Of a stretch of 64,000 nucleotides of DNA, positions 1 through 10,623 are shown one piece after another. Within the stretch, counting starts at the first letter, position 1. The number at the start of each line of letters is the position of its first letter. The notes below the pieces were generated by a model, which was not told where the DNA came from, did no database searches, and saw only the letters and a program-made list of their open reading frames with translations. The position numbers and the translations under genes are program-made. Source of the DNA: Candidatus Heimdallarchaeota archaeon (GTDB lineage: Archaea; Asgardarchaeota; Heimdallarchaeia; JABLTI01); assembly GCA_019058275.1 (NCBI GenBank), contig JAHLVW010000025.1, positions 1 to 64,000 on the forward strand. Direction: 5' to 3'.

Positions 1-685
1 GCAAATGTGTCTTGGTTTAGTAAAAAGTGGCATCATAAATATAGGATTAGCAATAGGGGCCGATTGTTCGCAAGGTAGACCAGGTGATGCTTTAGAGTAT
101 ACTGCAAGTGCTGGTGCTTGTGCACTCTTAATCGGTATGGATAATATTATTGTAAGTATTGAACATACTGAAAGCTTTACAACAGATACTCCCGATTTCT
201 GGCGAAGAGAAGGAGCAACTTACCCATCACATGGTGGAAGATTTACTGGTGAACCAGCTTATTTTAGGCATATTACAAATGCTGCAGAAAATATCATGCA
301 AAATACAAACACAACACCTGATGATTACGATTATGTTGTATTCCATGAACCTAATTCCAAATTCCCATTAGCTACCGCTAAAAAACTTGGATTTCCAAAG
401 GAAAAAATTGTTCCTAGTTTGACAGTGAGATATATTGGCAATACTTATTCTGCTTCATCAATGATTGGTTTAGCAGCAATTCTTGATATTGCTAAACCTG
501 GTGATAGAATATTAATGGTATCATATGGTTCAGGTTCCGGGAGCGATGCGTTCATTATGAAAGTTGAAGATGGGATAGCTGAAAGCCGAAAAGGTATTCC
601 CAAAGTTCAGGAATATATCGACAACAAGGTTTACTTGGATTATTCGATGTATACAAAACATCGAGGGAAAATAAAGATGAATTAA
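1..685 (+). CDS. Hydroxymethylglutaryl-CoA synthase, archaeal type (5' truncated by the window edge)
   Basis: DTPDFWRR, GRFTGEPAYF, FHEPN, IGNTYS and SYGSG motifs of archaeal HMG-CoA synthase; directly upstream of the thiolase and DUF35 genes. Confidence 0.93.
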   Translation, partial: QMCLGLVKSGIINIGLAIGADCSQGRPGDALEYTASAGACALLIGMDNIIVSIEHTESFTTDTPDFWRREGATYPSHGGRFTGEPAYFRHITNAAENIMQNTNTTPDDYDYVVFHEPNSKFPLATAKKLGFPKEKIVPSLTVRYIGNTYSASSMIGLAAILDIAKPGDRILMVSYGSGSGSDAFIMKVEDGIAESRKGIPKVQEYIDNKVYLDYSMYTKHRGKIKMN

Positions 686-704
686 ATGGAGGAATGAATG
701 TAAA

Positions 705-1868
705 ATGGAAGAAGTAGCAATTGTAGGCGTAGGCAACACAAAAGTTGGTGAATGGTATGATAATAGTCTTCGAGGTTTAACAGACGAAGCAATAGCCAAA
801 ACACTTCAATCAGCGAATATTAGTCCAAAAGAGATTGATGCAACTTTTATAGGATCAATGTCACCTGGTTTATTTAATCAACAAGAGCATATCTCAGCTT
901 TAATTGGTCCTCATTCTGGTATAACTGCACCAGCACTAAGAGTAGAATCTGCTTGTGCAAGTGGTTCTTCAGCATTACGTGTAGCAATGATGTCCATTGA
1001 AGCTGGTTATTATGACACAGCTCTAGTCATAGGTGTTGAAAAAATGACTGATTTGATTGACATTGGAGATGTTACAACAGCTTTAGGAACCGCTTCTGAT
1101 GGTGAATGGGAACTTGGTATTGGTGCCACTTTTCCAGCGCTTTTTGCATTAATAATGAGAGCTCACATGCATAAATATGGAAGTACGTTAGAGGAATATG
1201 CTAGTGTTGCTGTTAAAAATCATAAAAATGGTTCATTAAATCCTGATGCGCAATTTCAAAAACTAATTTCCATGGAAACAGTAATGAATTCTAGAATTAT
1301 TGCAGAACCAATTAGATTATTTGATTGTTCACCTGTTAGTGATGGGGCTGCTGCATTAATCGTTACAAAGAAGGATTTAGCTAAAAAATATACAGATGAT
1401 CCTATATACGTTAAAGGTACAGGGGCAGGAATTGATCACATTGCTATACACAACAGGAAAGATATTACTACATTGGAGTCAACAAAAAGAGCAACAAAAG
1501 AAGCATTTAAACGAGCAAAAATAAAAATCAAAGACATAGACTTCATCGAAGTTCATGATTGTTTTACTATAGCAGAAGTGTTAGCTTTAGAAGACATTGG
1601 TTTCTGTGAAAAAGGCAAAGGTGGGAAGTTCTCACTTGAAGGTGAAACTGCTTTAAACAGCACAATTTCAGTGAATCCAAGTGGTGGTTTGAAAGCAAAA
1701 GGACATCCTGTTGGTGCAACAGGCATCTATCAAGTAATTGAAGTTTTCAAACAGCTTAGGAATGAAGCTGGTAAACGTCAAGTCACAAAGAATGATATTG
1801 GTGTTACACATAACATTGGTGGTTCAGGTGCGACCAGTGTTGTCAATGTTTTTTCCAGAGGTGATTAA
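705..1868 (+). CDS. Acetoacetyl-CoA thiolase (SCP2-type archaeal thiolase)
   Basis: ESACASG catalytic Cys, EVHDCF, NPSGG..KGHPVGATG and HNIGG motifs. Confidence 0.93.
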   Translation: MEEVAIVGVGNTKVGEWYDNSLRGLTDEAIAKTLQSANISPKEIDATFIGSMSPGLFNQQEHISALIGPHSGITAPALRVESACASGSSALRVAMMSIEAGYYDTALVIGVEKMTDLIDIGDVTTALGTASDGEWELGIGATFPALFALIMRAHMHKYGSTLEEYASVAVKNHKNGSLNPDAQFQKLISMETVMNSRIIAEPIRLFDCSPVSDGAAALIVTKKDLAKKYTDDPIYVKGTGAGIDHIAIHNRKDITTLESTKRATKEAFKRAKIKIKDIDFIEVHDCFTIAEVLALEDIGFCEKGKGGKFSLEGETALNSTISVNPSGGLKAKGHPVGATGIYQVIEVFKQLRNEAGKRQVTKNDIGVTHNIGGSGATSVVNVFSRGD

Positions 1869-1870
1869 AA

Positions 1871-2278
1871 GTGTCAGTTCCGAGATTTTGGCGAAGAATC
1901 CATTCATTATATAGACTTGAAGGAGTAAAATGTGCTAATTGTGGAAAATTATACTTCCCACAACGAAACAGATGTATTGAATGTAATTCATATGAGAATG
2001 AGGTATTTATTTTCTCAGGGAATGGTAAAATAATCACTTATTCTTGGGTATATACACCTCCTAAAGGATTCAAAGGTAGCATTCCCTATTGCTTAGCAAT
2101 TGTTGAATTGGAAGAAGGGCCAAGATTAACAACACAGATTGTTGCTGCTGAGAAGAAAAAAGTGAAAATTGGTATGCCTGTTGAATTTTCTTTCAGAAAG
2201 ATTTCTGCAGAAGGTGAAGAAGGCGTAATCACATATGGATTCAAATTTAGACCAAAAGGTTACCCTAATAACAAATAG
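1871..2278 (+). CDS. DUF35 Zn-ribbon/OB-fold scaffold protein
   Basis: CANC...CIEC Zn ribbon followed by an OB-fold; typical position after the thiolase. Confidence 0.9.
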   Translation: MSVPRFWRRIHSLYRLEGVKCANCGKLYFPQRNRCIECNSYENEVFIFSGNGKIITYSWVYTPPKGFKGSIPYCLAIVELEEGPRLTTQIVAAEKKKVKIGMPVEFSFRKISAEGEEGVITYGFKFRPKGYPNNK

Positions 2279-2407
2279 AAATAAACAACAAAAGTCGAAG
2301 ATTTTCTTAATCTTCATCTTTCTTCTTTTTCTTTGAGAAATTTCAAGTTCTTTCGTAAAGCTTTAAATGGCTTTTTCCTTCATAGTAATGAATTAGACTA
2401 CTCTAGG

Positions 2408-5272
2408 ATGGCTGAGCTGAAGTCGATGGGAAAATTCAGAGAGCTTTTAAAATTAAATTGGAAATTTATAGGCTTAAGCAGACGTCTTGCTATTGTTACT
2501 ATAGTTGGTCTAAGTATTAGTGTTGCAATGATTACCCAAAACATCTTCTTCTTGAATAGCTTTAGAAATAATGCATTCGATGAATTTGCAACAAACACAA
2601 CTGAAACATACATTGAAGCAAATGTTGATGGTGTTAGATGGCCTGGATCATCATTAAGGGAAATATTAGAAGCAAATATACGTAATCAACTTAGCGATGC
2701 TGGTTTTTTGCAGAATCAGTTACAGGATCAAGAATGGATTTCTTACCGATTCTTCTATTTATTACTGATTAATGAAAAATATGGGGGTGCAGTTGAATAT
2801 CACGATACTTATATTGTAGGGATTGATCCGACATATCTTAGTTTATTATCAGATTTAATCACTGAAGGGAGAGCGCCAGGAACTGGAGAATTTTGTATTA
2901 TAACTAATTCCAAAACTCTAGAAGAAACAAATCTTGCATTGAATGATACTTTTGGCGCATATATCAAACTTAGTGAGACAAGTACTCCAAGGGACTCCGT
3001 AAACGCACATGCGGGTGAAATGATTGAATTTGCAGGCATCATTAATTTAGATAACTTTACTTTTGGCAATTTACCTATTCCTGATGAATTGCAAACATTG
3101 ATCTCAATGGCTTTGGGATTAGGTAGAGAAATTATTTTAACTAATTTCCAAAAGTTGCCTACTCTCCTAGCACCTATACCTTTTTCCCTTGGTGAATTCT
3201 CTATTTTAGGAAGATTTCTATTTAATCTACAACAATTCGATGTTTTCAGATTAGATGAACACATAGAAAGCTTGCAAATTTTTGTTAATAACATTCAGGA
3301 ATCAATAATTGATGTTGTTGGGACATATTCAACAAATTATGATTTAGCATTAAACTCAAGAATACTTCCACTTCTAGTTACATTTAAGACAGAATTTAGG
3401 ATGTTTCAGATTATTCTGTTAGTATTCATGCTACCAACTTTAGGAATGGCGTTAACTCTAACAGCTTTTGCGAGTAACCAGATTAAGAAGCAAAGAGATC
3501 TTCATGTTTTCAAACTTCATCAAAGAGGTGCTTCAAGACAGATGCTCTTTGGTTTTATGATATTCGAACTGCTTATATTCTCATTACTTGCAGTTTTGGT
3601 TGGTGTATTAATTGGTTGGCCTTATACTCTTATAGCTCTCAAGAGTGATGGGTTCTTTTCATTTACAGGTTCAGCTACAATACCTTCATTACAGGGTAAC
3701 TGGTTGGTTATAGGTTTAATATTGGGTGTAGGATTTGGTATTGCCTTTCTTTCGAACATTTTTTCATTGTGGAGAAAAACAAAGACTTCTGTTGATGAAG
3801 CACTACAAGAGCATGTTGAAAAGAATCCATTTTGGGAACGATTTTACATCGATATATTCCTGTTAATACTTGGTATTCTGATGTGGCTTGTTTCATTCAC
3901 ACAAATAGGTGGTAGTACTGAGTCTGCTATTGAGTTTGCATTTTACTTTGCAGCTCCAGCACCAATATTCATCATTATTGGTAGTATTATGTTTATTACA
4001 AGAATCTACCCCACAGTAATTAAAGGTATATCTGATCTAATCTTCAAAATACCAAAGCTTGAAATTAGTGCCATTTCAGCACGAAATGCTATAAGAAGGA
4101 AAGGCTCTACAAGCAGAACAATCATCTTAATGACATTAACTTTTACGTTAACTGTTGCTTCTATGGTTGTTCCTGATTCATATGAATCATATGACATGGA
4201 AGATTCATATTATAGTCTTGGAGCAGATATTGTCATTAGTGGTATTGATATTCAAACTCCTGACTTCAAAAATACTATTTTAGGATTTGAGGGAGTTGAA
4301 GCAGCTACTTATGTTGGGATATTGGAAATAGTAAATACTGAAAGCGAATTAACATACGCTATAAAGATAATGGGTGTTGAATTAGATAATTTCAGCAAGG
4401 TTGCTTTCCAAGAACCTGAATATACAGATGGAAGAGGTGTTGAAAATCTCATTACTTCAATAAATAATTTCACTGATGTTATTGCACAAAAAGATGTTTT
4501 AGAATTACTTAATCTAGGAAATAATAAGACATTTGTAATGCAAAATTGGCAGGTAATTGGTGAAGATGTTGTATACGCTACTTTCGGTGTTTTGTTTGTT
4601 GATCAATTTGATTATTGGCCAACACTTTATGATAGCATTCCTAGTGCAACTTCTAAACTAATTAATATTGGAATGTTAAGTAATATTTCACTGCCTTTCT
4701 GGATTGCTAGAGAAGACTCTGATGTCGAAGGGAAACTTTTTGTAAAAGTCAAGGAAGGTTATAGTATAAGCGAGCTTGCTGATTCTATTGAAACAAACAC
4801 ATTTCACGAAACAGAAAGTATTGAAGAAATTCTAACGATTTCTGAAGGATCGTTGAAAGCCACAGTATTATTTGGTGCACTTAATACTAGCTTTATCATT
4901 TCCTTGTTCATTTCTTCAGCAACATTGATTATAATGATGATTGTTCAAGGGATTGAACGCGAAAAAGAGATTGCTGTAATGAAATCTTTTGGTATTAAAC
5001 CAAGACAATTATTCACCTTCTTTATTTCAGAAGCAATTATTATTTTGATATTTACTATGATAATTGGTATTGGATTAGGGTTAGGGACGTCAGTAATGAT
5101 CATGAAAGTTCTTAGAATAGGTTCGCTTATTCCAGAACATGAAATGATCTTCCCAATAGTAAAAATAATCTGGACAGCGTTAGCTATATTTGGATCCGGA
5201 TTAGTTAGTACAATTATTCCTATTATTATTAATTCAAGAAAGAAGATAGGAGGTTCGCTAAAGAGCATATGA
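2408..5272 (+). CDS. ABC transporter permease, FtsX/MacB/LolE family (duplicated)
   Basis: Two FtsX-type halves (QRGASR..L and EREKEIAVMKSFG) with large extracytoplasmic loops; ATG at 2408 preferred over the upstream TTG. Confidence 0.85.
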   Translation: MAELKSMGKFRELLKLNWKFIGLSRRLAIVTIVGLSISVAMITQNIFFLNSFRNNAFDEFATNTTETYIEANVDGVRWPGSSLREILEANIRNQLSDAGFLQNQLQDQEWISYRFFYLLLINEKYGGAVEYHDTYIVGIDPTYLSLLSDLITEGRAPGTGEFCIITNSKTLEETNLALNDTFGAYIKLSETSTPRDSVNAHAGEMIEFAGIINLDNFTFGNLPIPDELQTLISMALGLGREIILTNFQKLPTLLAPIPFSLGEFSILGRFLFNLQQFDVFRLDEHIESLQIFVNNIQESIIDVVGTYSTNYDLALNSRILPLLVTFKTEFRMFQIILLVFMLPTLGMALTLTAFASNQIKKQRDLHVFKLHQRGASRQMLFGFMIFELLIFSLLAVLVGVLIGWPYTLIALKSDGFFSFTGSATIPSLQGNWLVIGLILGVGFGIAFLSNIFSLWRKTKTSVDEALQEHVEKNPFWERFYIDIFLLILGILMWLVSFTQIGGSTESAIEFAFYFAAPAPIFIIIGSIMFITRIYPTVIKGISDLIFKIPKLEISAISARNAIRRKGSTSRTIILMTLTFTLTVASMVVPDSYESYDMEDSYYSLGADIVISGIDIQTPDFKNTILGFEGVEAATYVGILEIVNTESELTYAIKIMGVELDNFSKVAFQEPEYTDGRGVENLITSINNFTDVIAQKDVLELLNLGNNKTFVMQNWQVIGEDVVYATFGVLFVDQFDYWPTLYDSIPSATSKLINIGMLSNISLPFWIAREDSDVEGKLFVKVKEGYSISELADSIETNTFHETESIEEILTISEGSLKATVLFGALNTSFIISLFISSATLIIMMIVQGIEREKEIAVMKSFGIKPRQLFTFFISEAIIILIFTMIIGIGLGLGTSVMIMKVLRIGSLIPEHEMIFPIVKIIWTALAIFGSGLVSTIIPIIINSRKKIGGSLKSI

Positions 5273-6135
5273 CAGAAAATAACGTATTCGTTGAATGTCA
5301 AGATTTGATCAAAATCTATGCAGATGAGAAGAATAGAGTTCGAGTTCCTGCCCTTCGCGGGTTAGAAATGAAAGTTTTGAAAGGTGAAATTTCACTTGTC
5401 GTAGGTCCAAGTGGTTCTGGTAAATCTACCCTTCTCAACATTTTAGCTGGTAATTTGAAACCTTCAGCTGGAATCGTTATTGTTGGCGATACTGATATTG
5501 CTAAATTTACTCGAGCGCAAATGGTTGATTACCGTCGTAGAAGAGTAGGAGTTGTTTGGCAATTACCTCAGATGAACCTTGTCTGGGAACTCTCTGCATC
5601 ACAAAACATTCAAGTGCCCATGAGGATTTTAGGTTTAACACGAGAAGAAAGAATGAAGAGAACGAAAGAATTACTGGAAGAAGTGGAATTACTTGATCGA
5701 GCTCATCACAAGCCTACTCAATTATCTGGTGGTGAAATCCAAAGAATCTCTCTTGCAGTAGCATTGGCAAATCACCCCGAATTGGTAGTTTTAGATGAAC
5801 CCACTGGAGAACTTGATTCTCAAACATCTGAAAAAATTGTTGCTTTCTTTGAAAAGATTAACAAAGATCTTGGCGTTACTATGATTCTTGCTACTCATGA
5901 TAGAAGACTTATGGCTAAAGGTTATCGAACAATGTTACTTGTAGATGGTCGAATCACAAGTGTACGACGTGGGTTTGCAGATGAGAGCAATATTCCCGTT
6001 TATAGCGATGCTTTCGGTGCATTACAAATACCAATTAGTCTTCGTGAAACGTTCAAATCTCGAGAAGATATTTTGTTGAGTAGAGAAAACGAAGAGGTAT
6101 TCAAGTTACATGTTCCCAAATTAGAAGATGAATGA
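5269..6135 (+). CDS. ABC transporter ATP-binding protein (LolD/MacB-like)
   Basis: GPSGSGKS Walker A, LSGGE signature, LDEPTG Walker B; 4-bp overlap with the permease. Confidence 0.93.
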   Translation: MTENNVFVECQDLIKIYADEKNRVRVPALRGLEMKVLKGEISLVVGPSGSGKSTLLNILAGNLKPSAGIVIVGDTDIAKFTRAQMVDYRRRRVGVVWQLPQMNLVWELSASQNIQVPMRILGLTREERMKRTKELLEEVELLDRAHHKPTQLSGGEIQRISLAVALANHPELVVLDEPTGELDSQTSEKIVAFFEKINKDLGVTMILATHDRRLMAKGYRTMLLVDGRITSVRRGFADESNIPVYSDAFGALQIPISLRETFKSREDILLSRENEEVFKLHVPKLEDE

Positions 6136-6313
6136 TCTTCTCCAAATTCATATCAACTAGGTCTCACTTTACTGAGACTTCCATTTTTCATTATTTGCAA
6201 CACTAATTGATAGTCTCAACTTTAGGTAGATTTTATCGAAAATGGGGGTGTTTATATTCATTTTTTGATACCTCTAGGTACTATTTCAAATTATACTCTA
6301 AAGGTCGTTAAAC

Positions 6314-6901
6314 ATGGGATTTCTTGCAAAGCTATTTGGAAAAGCTGAGAAAAAAATTAACATTGCTATGTGTGGTCTTGACAATGCTGGGAAAACATCT
6401 ATTCTCAATTTCTTAAAAAATGGCGAATTTCAAGGAACAATTGCAACTATGGGTGTTAATCATGAGAATTTTAAACTCGGTAAACTCTCTATGTCAGTCA
6501 TGGACCTTGGAGGACAGGAAGTCTTTCGTCCCTTTTGGCCGGGATACATAGAACGTGCTGACATTCTTGTTTTTGTCCTTGATTCAAGTGATGTAACCCG
6601 TTTACCTTTAGCAAAAGATATCTTTCATAAAGCAATTTCTACTTATTGTAACGAAGAAATTCCTATTCTTATTTTAGCAACTAAGCAAGATTTAACTAAT
6701 GTTTGCTCACTTGCATATATTATCCATTTTTTCCAATTAACGAGTTTATTTGAACGAACAATTCATGTTCAAAAAACTTCTGCAAAAACGGGACTTGGGA
6801 TATATGAATCGTTTCAATGGATTCATGATCAAGTAATAAAATCAAAAACACGACGCTCATCAAAAAGCAGTTCACAAATGGCTTTACCACGACCTGGATA
6901 A
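6314..6901 (+). CDS. Arf-family small GTPase (Asgard ArfR-like)
   Basis: MGFLAKLFG amphipathic N-terminus, GLDNAGKT, DLGGQ, TKQD, TSAKTG. Confidence 0.9.
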   Translation: MGFLAKLFGKAEKKINIAMCGLDNAGKTSILNFLKNGEFQGTIATMGVNHENFKLGKLSMSVMDLGGQEVFRPFWPGYIERADILVFVLDSSDVTRLPLAKDIFHKAISTYCNEEIPILILATKQDLTNVCSLAYIIHFFQLTSLFERTIHVQKTSAKTGLGIYESFQWIHDQVIKSKTRRSSKSSSQMALPRPG

Positions 6902-7021
6902 CTTTCAGCCATTTTAACATACTAATGATCAAGCCTTCCATTTACTTTTGGAATAATAATATTCTTATTCTTGGATGACAAAAGGATTATAGGAAAGATT
7001 ATTATTTCCTATATACCTTAA

Positions 7022-7258
7022 ATGTTAATACAACTCCCTAGGAGATATATTCCAATGAGCGGTTCTGAATCTGGAAAAAGTAGTATCATGAAGTATGTAC
7101 CAGAGGAGAGAATGGAATTAAGAGAATTTCTTTTGAAAGTAGGGATAAAAAATTTAGAAAGACATACTATATTGGTTAATGGCACTAGAACTAATCTTAA
7201 GCAGCTTGTTGAAAAAGATGATGAGATTATTGTTCTTCCAATTTTGAAGGGCGGTTAA
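7022..7258 (+). CDS. MoaD/ThiS/SAMP ubiquitin-like protein (true start may be 7056 or 7089)
   Basis: ILVNG...DDEIIVLPILKGG with C-terminal di-glycine. Confidence 0.8.
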   Translation: MLIQLPRRYIPMSGSESGKSSIMKYVPEERMELREFLLKVGIKNLERHTILVNGTRTNLKQLVEKDDEIIVLPILKGG

Positions 7259-7331
7259 TACACTCCTTTATAGAGGTTAAACAATATACCCTTTCATATT
7301 TGACACTACAGTTGTTGTTGAACTTTCTGCG

Positions 7332-7775
7332 TTAATCCTTGATTATATACTTAAACAAAAACCATGAAGCTACTGTTAATCCTATACCAATTAAACCAAA
7401 CACGAGCTCTTTCCAATCATAATCTCTTGGTGTTCCATATCCTTTGAATAATGCCATGAAGAATAGAATAGGTCCTAGGAAAACAAAGACCATACTGAAT
7501 GTCATTGCAGTACTCATTTTAATTACTACCCAACCAAAACCAGGAGCAGGATTAACATTTTTTGATGCTTTTTTCTTGCGCTTCTTTTTCCTCTTTACTG
7601 GTTGCTCCTCTTTTTTCAACTTCCTTTGTTCTTCCATAATTTCTGCAGCTTGCATTTCTAGTATTAAAGCGTCTTTTTCTTCACTTGATAGAGAAGAAAG
7701 ATCTATTTCTCCTTCCTCGATATCTTCTTCATCTTGCGAAATTATTTCTTCTTCCGAGAAATTGAATGAAACCAT
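7332..7775 (-). CDS. Hypothetical membrane protein with acidic N-terminus, basic linker and 2 C-terminal TM helices
   Basis: ORF composition and hydrophobic segments. Confidence 0.7.
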   Translation of the reverse strand: MVSFNFSEEEIISQDEEDIEEGEIDLSSLSSEEKDALILEMQAAEIMEEQRKLKKEEQPVKRKKKRKKKASKNVNPAPGFGWVVIKMSTAMTFSMVFVFLGPILFFMALFKGYGTPRDYDWKELVFGLIGIGLTVASWFLFKYIIKD

Positions 7776-8029
7776 TATATATCAACCAAAAAGATTGTCT
7801 AACTCAATTATTGATATTTTGAATTAAATGTTTATGTATTTGATTCAAAATGACAATTAAAACAAGATTTTTGAACCGATTATTATGCTTATAATTTGTT
7901 CTTAAGAAAAAAGATTTAGGTATAAAAAAATCTAGCAATTATCATAAGAATAAATCAATAACAGATCAATTGTAGGAGTAGCAACATTTCTCCACCTAAC
8001 AATAGCTCATATTGGATGTGAAATAATAA

Positions 8030-9880
8030 TTGAAAATCGTCCCAGATACTAGTGTAATTATCTCTAAGATGATAGTAGAGGAAATCTTAAGCCTAAAAGA
8101 TAAAGTAGAGGAAATTATTTTACCTAAAATTGTTATTAGTGAAATCGAAAATATTGCTAATAATCAACGATCAAAAGGATTTGAAGGGTTAGATGAATTA
8201 AAGAATCTTAGGTTTGAGTGTAAGCACCATGGCATTACTATCACGTTAGCTGGAGAAAGGCCAAAATTAGATGAAATTAGGTTAGCCTCGTCTGGTGAAT
8301 TAGATGCTAAAATAAGAGATATTGCTAGAGAACACAACGCAGTTATTTTTACCAGTGATAAAATTTTAGTTTCTATGTGTGAAATTGAAGGGATTGATGT
8401 TGAATATCTGAAGCATCCACCTAGAAAGAAACCTTTGAAAAGGATTTACGATTATTTTGATGAGCAAACTATGTCTGTACATATTAGAGAGAATGTGAGA
8501 CCATTAGCAAAGAAAGGAAAACCTGGTGATTGGCAACTTGTTAAGCTTGCTGAACAAACAATAACTCATGAGGAAATTGATGAATTAATTACTGACATTT
8601 TATCCATTGCTCGTTCAACACCCGATTCATTTATTGAAATGGATGAGCCAGGAGTAAAAGTTATACAATTAGAATCTATGAGAGTCGTAATAGCTCTACC
8701 TCCATTTTCAGATGCTCTTGAGATTACTGCTGTTAAACCAATAACCAAACTTTCTTTTGAAGATTATAATTTATCAGATAATTTATTGCAAAGATTGCAG
8801 GGACGAGCTGAAGGGATACTAATAGCTGGTTCTCCTGGTGCTGGAAAGTCAACTTTTGCACAAGCAGTCGCTGAATTTTATGCGTCTCTAAATAAGACTG
8901 TTAAAACTGTTGAAAAGCCTCGAGATTTACAGGTTGGTCCCGAAGTATCTCAGTATACTGGACTTAGAGGAGATTTTAGGAAAACAGCTGATATTATATT
9001 GTTGATTAGACCTGATTTTGTTATTTTTGATGAATTAAGAAAGACGGAAGACTTCGAAGCCTTTTCTGACATGCGTCTTTCTGGTATAGGGTTGGTTGGT
9101 GTTATTCATTCAACAACAGCAATTGAAGCTATCCAACGGTTTATTGGTCGAATAGATTTGGGTATGATCCCAAGCATTCTAGATACTGTTATCTTCATTG
9201 ATAAAGGACAAATTGGCGATGTTCTTGAGTTGAGAATAACTGTAAAAGTTCCTTCTGGTATGCAAGAAAGGGATTTGGCTCGACCTGTTATTGAAGTTAG
9301 AGATTTTGAAACACACAAACTCAAATATGATATTTTTGTTTTTGGTGAACAAGTATCGGTTATTCCGGTTGATAGAACAATTACTACACATTATCAACCA
9401 CTACCTCCCCATGAAAGGAAGCAGATCGAAAAACTAATTCGACGACAGATTAATGGTAGTCAAATTAAAATTACTAAAATTGGAAAGAAATCAATTAGAG
9501 TTGAAGTACCAGCTGATGATGTTCCATTAATAATTGGTCGTAAGGGGAAAAACATTTCTGAATTAGAAAAGAAAACTGGTTATAGAATTGATGTTAAATC
9601 ACTAGATAGAGATTCATTTGCCTTTCAAGATGCACAAGATCATTCAATTATCGAGGGACAGATTCCAATCGATGTAAGGTTTACGAAAAGGCATGTTGTT
9701 CTAAGTTTCCCAGAATATCAAAGAGGATTGAGCATTGAAGTTAATACTACTGACAAAGTTTTATTCACTGGCTCTATTGGTAAAAAAGGAGAAATTAAGA
9801 TAGAACGCTCTACTTCTATTGCTAAAGAAATAATAAAAGTGATGAATAAAGGAGAAACCATTTACGCAAATCCGAAATAA
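8030..9880 (+). CDS. PIN-domain ATPase with KH domains (PINA / VapC-ATPase family)
   Basis: N-terminal PDTS PIN motif, GSPGAGKST, FDELR, C-terminal IIGRKGKNI KH motif. Confidence 0.9.
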   Translation: MKIVPDTSVIISKMIVEEILSLKDKVEEIILPKIVISEIENIANNQRSKGFEGLDELKNLRFECKHHGITITLAGERPKLDEIRLASSGELDAKIRDIAREHNAVIFTSDKILVSMCEIEGIDVEYLKHPPRKKPLKRIYDYFDEQTMSVHIRENVRPLAKKGKPGDWQLVKLAEQTITHEEIDELITDILSIARSTPDSFIEMDEPGVKVIQLESMRVVIALPPFSDALEITAVKPITKLSFEDYNLSDNLLQRLQGRAEGILIAGSPGAGKSTFAQAVAEFYASLNKTVKTVEKPRDLQVGPEVSQYTGLRGDFRKTADIILLIRPDFVIFDELRKTEDFEAFSDMRLSGIGLVGVIHSTTAIEAIQRFIGRIDLGMIPSILDTVIFIDKGQIGDVLELRITVKVPSGMQERDLARPVIEVRDFETHKLKYDIFVFGEQVSVIPVDRTITTHYQPLPPHERKQIEKLIRRQINGSQIKITKIGKKSIRVEVPADDVPLIIGRKGKNISELEKKTGYRIDVKSLDRDSFAFQDAQDHSIIEGQIPIDVRFTKRHVVLSFPEYQRGLSIEVNTTDKVLFTGSIGKKGEIKIERSTSIAKEIIKVMNKGETIYANPK

Positions 9881-9888
9881 TCGGATTG

Positions 9889-10593
9889 TTACTCTTTTTT
9901 CAAGATCTTTATTTCTTTATCAGAAGCTACAATAACTTGTGCTACTAGTTTTCTAGAGAAAAATCCATTTTCCATTACACCTGGAATATTATTGATAGTT
10001 TTCTCTAGTTCTTCTGGCTTACTAATTGACGAAAAATCAGTATCTAGGATAATGTTTCCATTATCAGTAACTGTAGGACCTAGTTTATCAGAAGCTTTTC
10101 TTAAGTGAGGAGTTCCCTTCAATTTCAGCAGTTCTTTTTCTACAAATTCCTTAGCATGTGGAATAACTTCTACAGGAATCGGAAAACTTCCTTCTAAGGC
10201 TTGAACCATTTTTGAATCATCAACAATTATTACAAGCAGTTTTGATGCTGCAGCAATTACCTTCTCTCTCAATAATGCTCCCCCTCCACCTTTAATTAGA
10301 TTCAGATCTTTGTCCACTCTATCTGCACCATCAACGGTCATATCTATTGCCGGATATTGATTTAGAGTGCCAACTTTCATACCGTTACTTATTAGCATGT
10401 TTTCAGTATCAAAAGAGCTTGGTATGCAAACAATCGTTTTTGAATCGATTTTTGAGTCACCGAGTAATTTGATGAATTCTCTTACTGTTGATCCACTACC
10501 AATGCCTAAAATCATGCCATCTTTCACAAGTTTCAAAGCTTCAGCAGCTGCTTTTCGCTTCATAATTAATTTCTGATCTGGTTTCTTTGACAT
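9889..10593 (-). CDS. rpiA: Ribose-5-phosphate isomerase A
   Basis: GIGSGST, DGADRV, IKGGGGALLREK. Confidence 0.96.
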   Translation of the reverse strand: MSKKPDQKLIMKRKAAAEALKLVKDGMILGIGSGSTVREFIKLLGDSKIDSKTIVCIPSSFDTENMLISNGMKVGTLNQYPAIDMTVDGADRVDKDLNLIKGGGGALLREKVIAAASKLLVIIVDDSKMVQALEGSFPIPVEVIPHAKEFVEKELLKLKGTPHLRKASDKLGPTVTDNGNIILDTDFSSISKPEELEKTINNIPGVMENGFFSRKLVAQVIVASDKEIKILKKE

Positions 10594-10623
10594 CTTCTAC
10601 CAACACCATATGATTATCTTTTT

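Noticed and set aside
8030-9880. PIN-ATPase as the missing pilus assembly ATPase
   Set aside because: The PIN plus KH architecture identifies the PINA family, which is linked to nucleic-acid processing.
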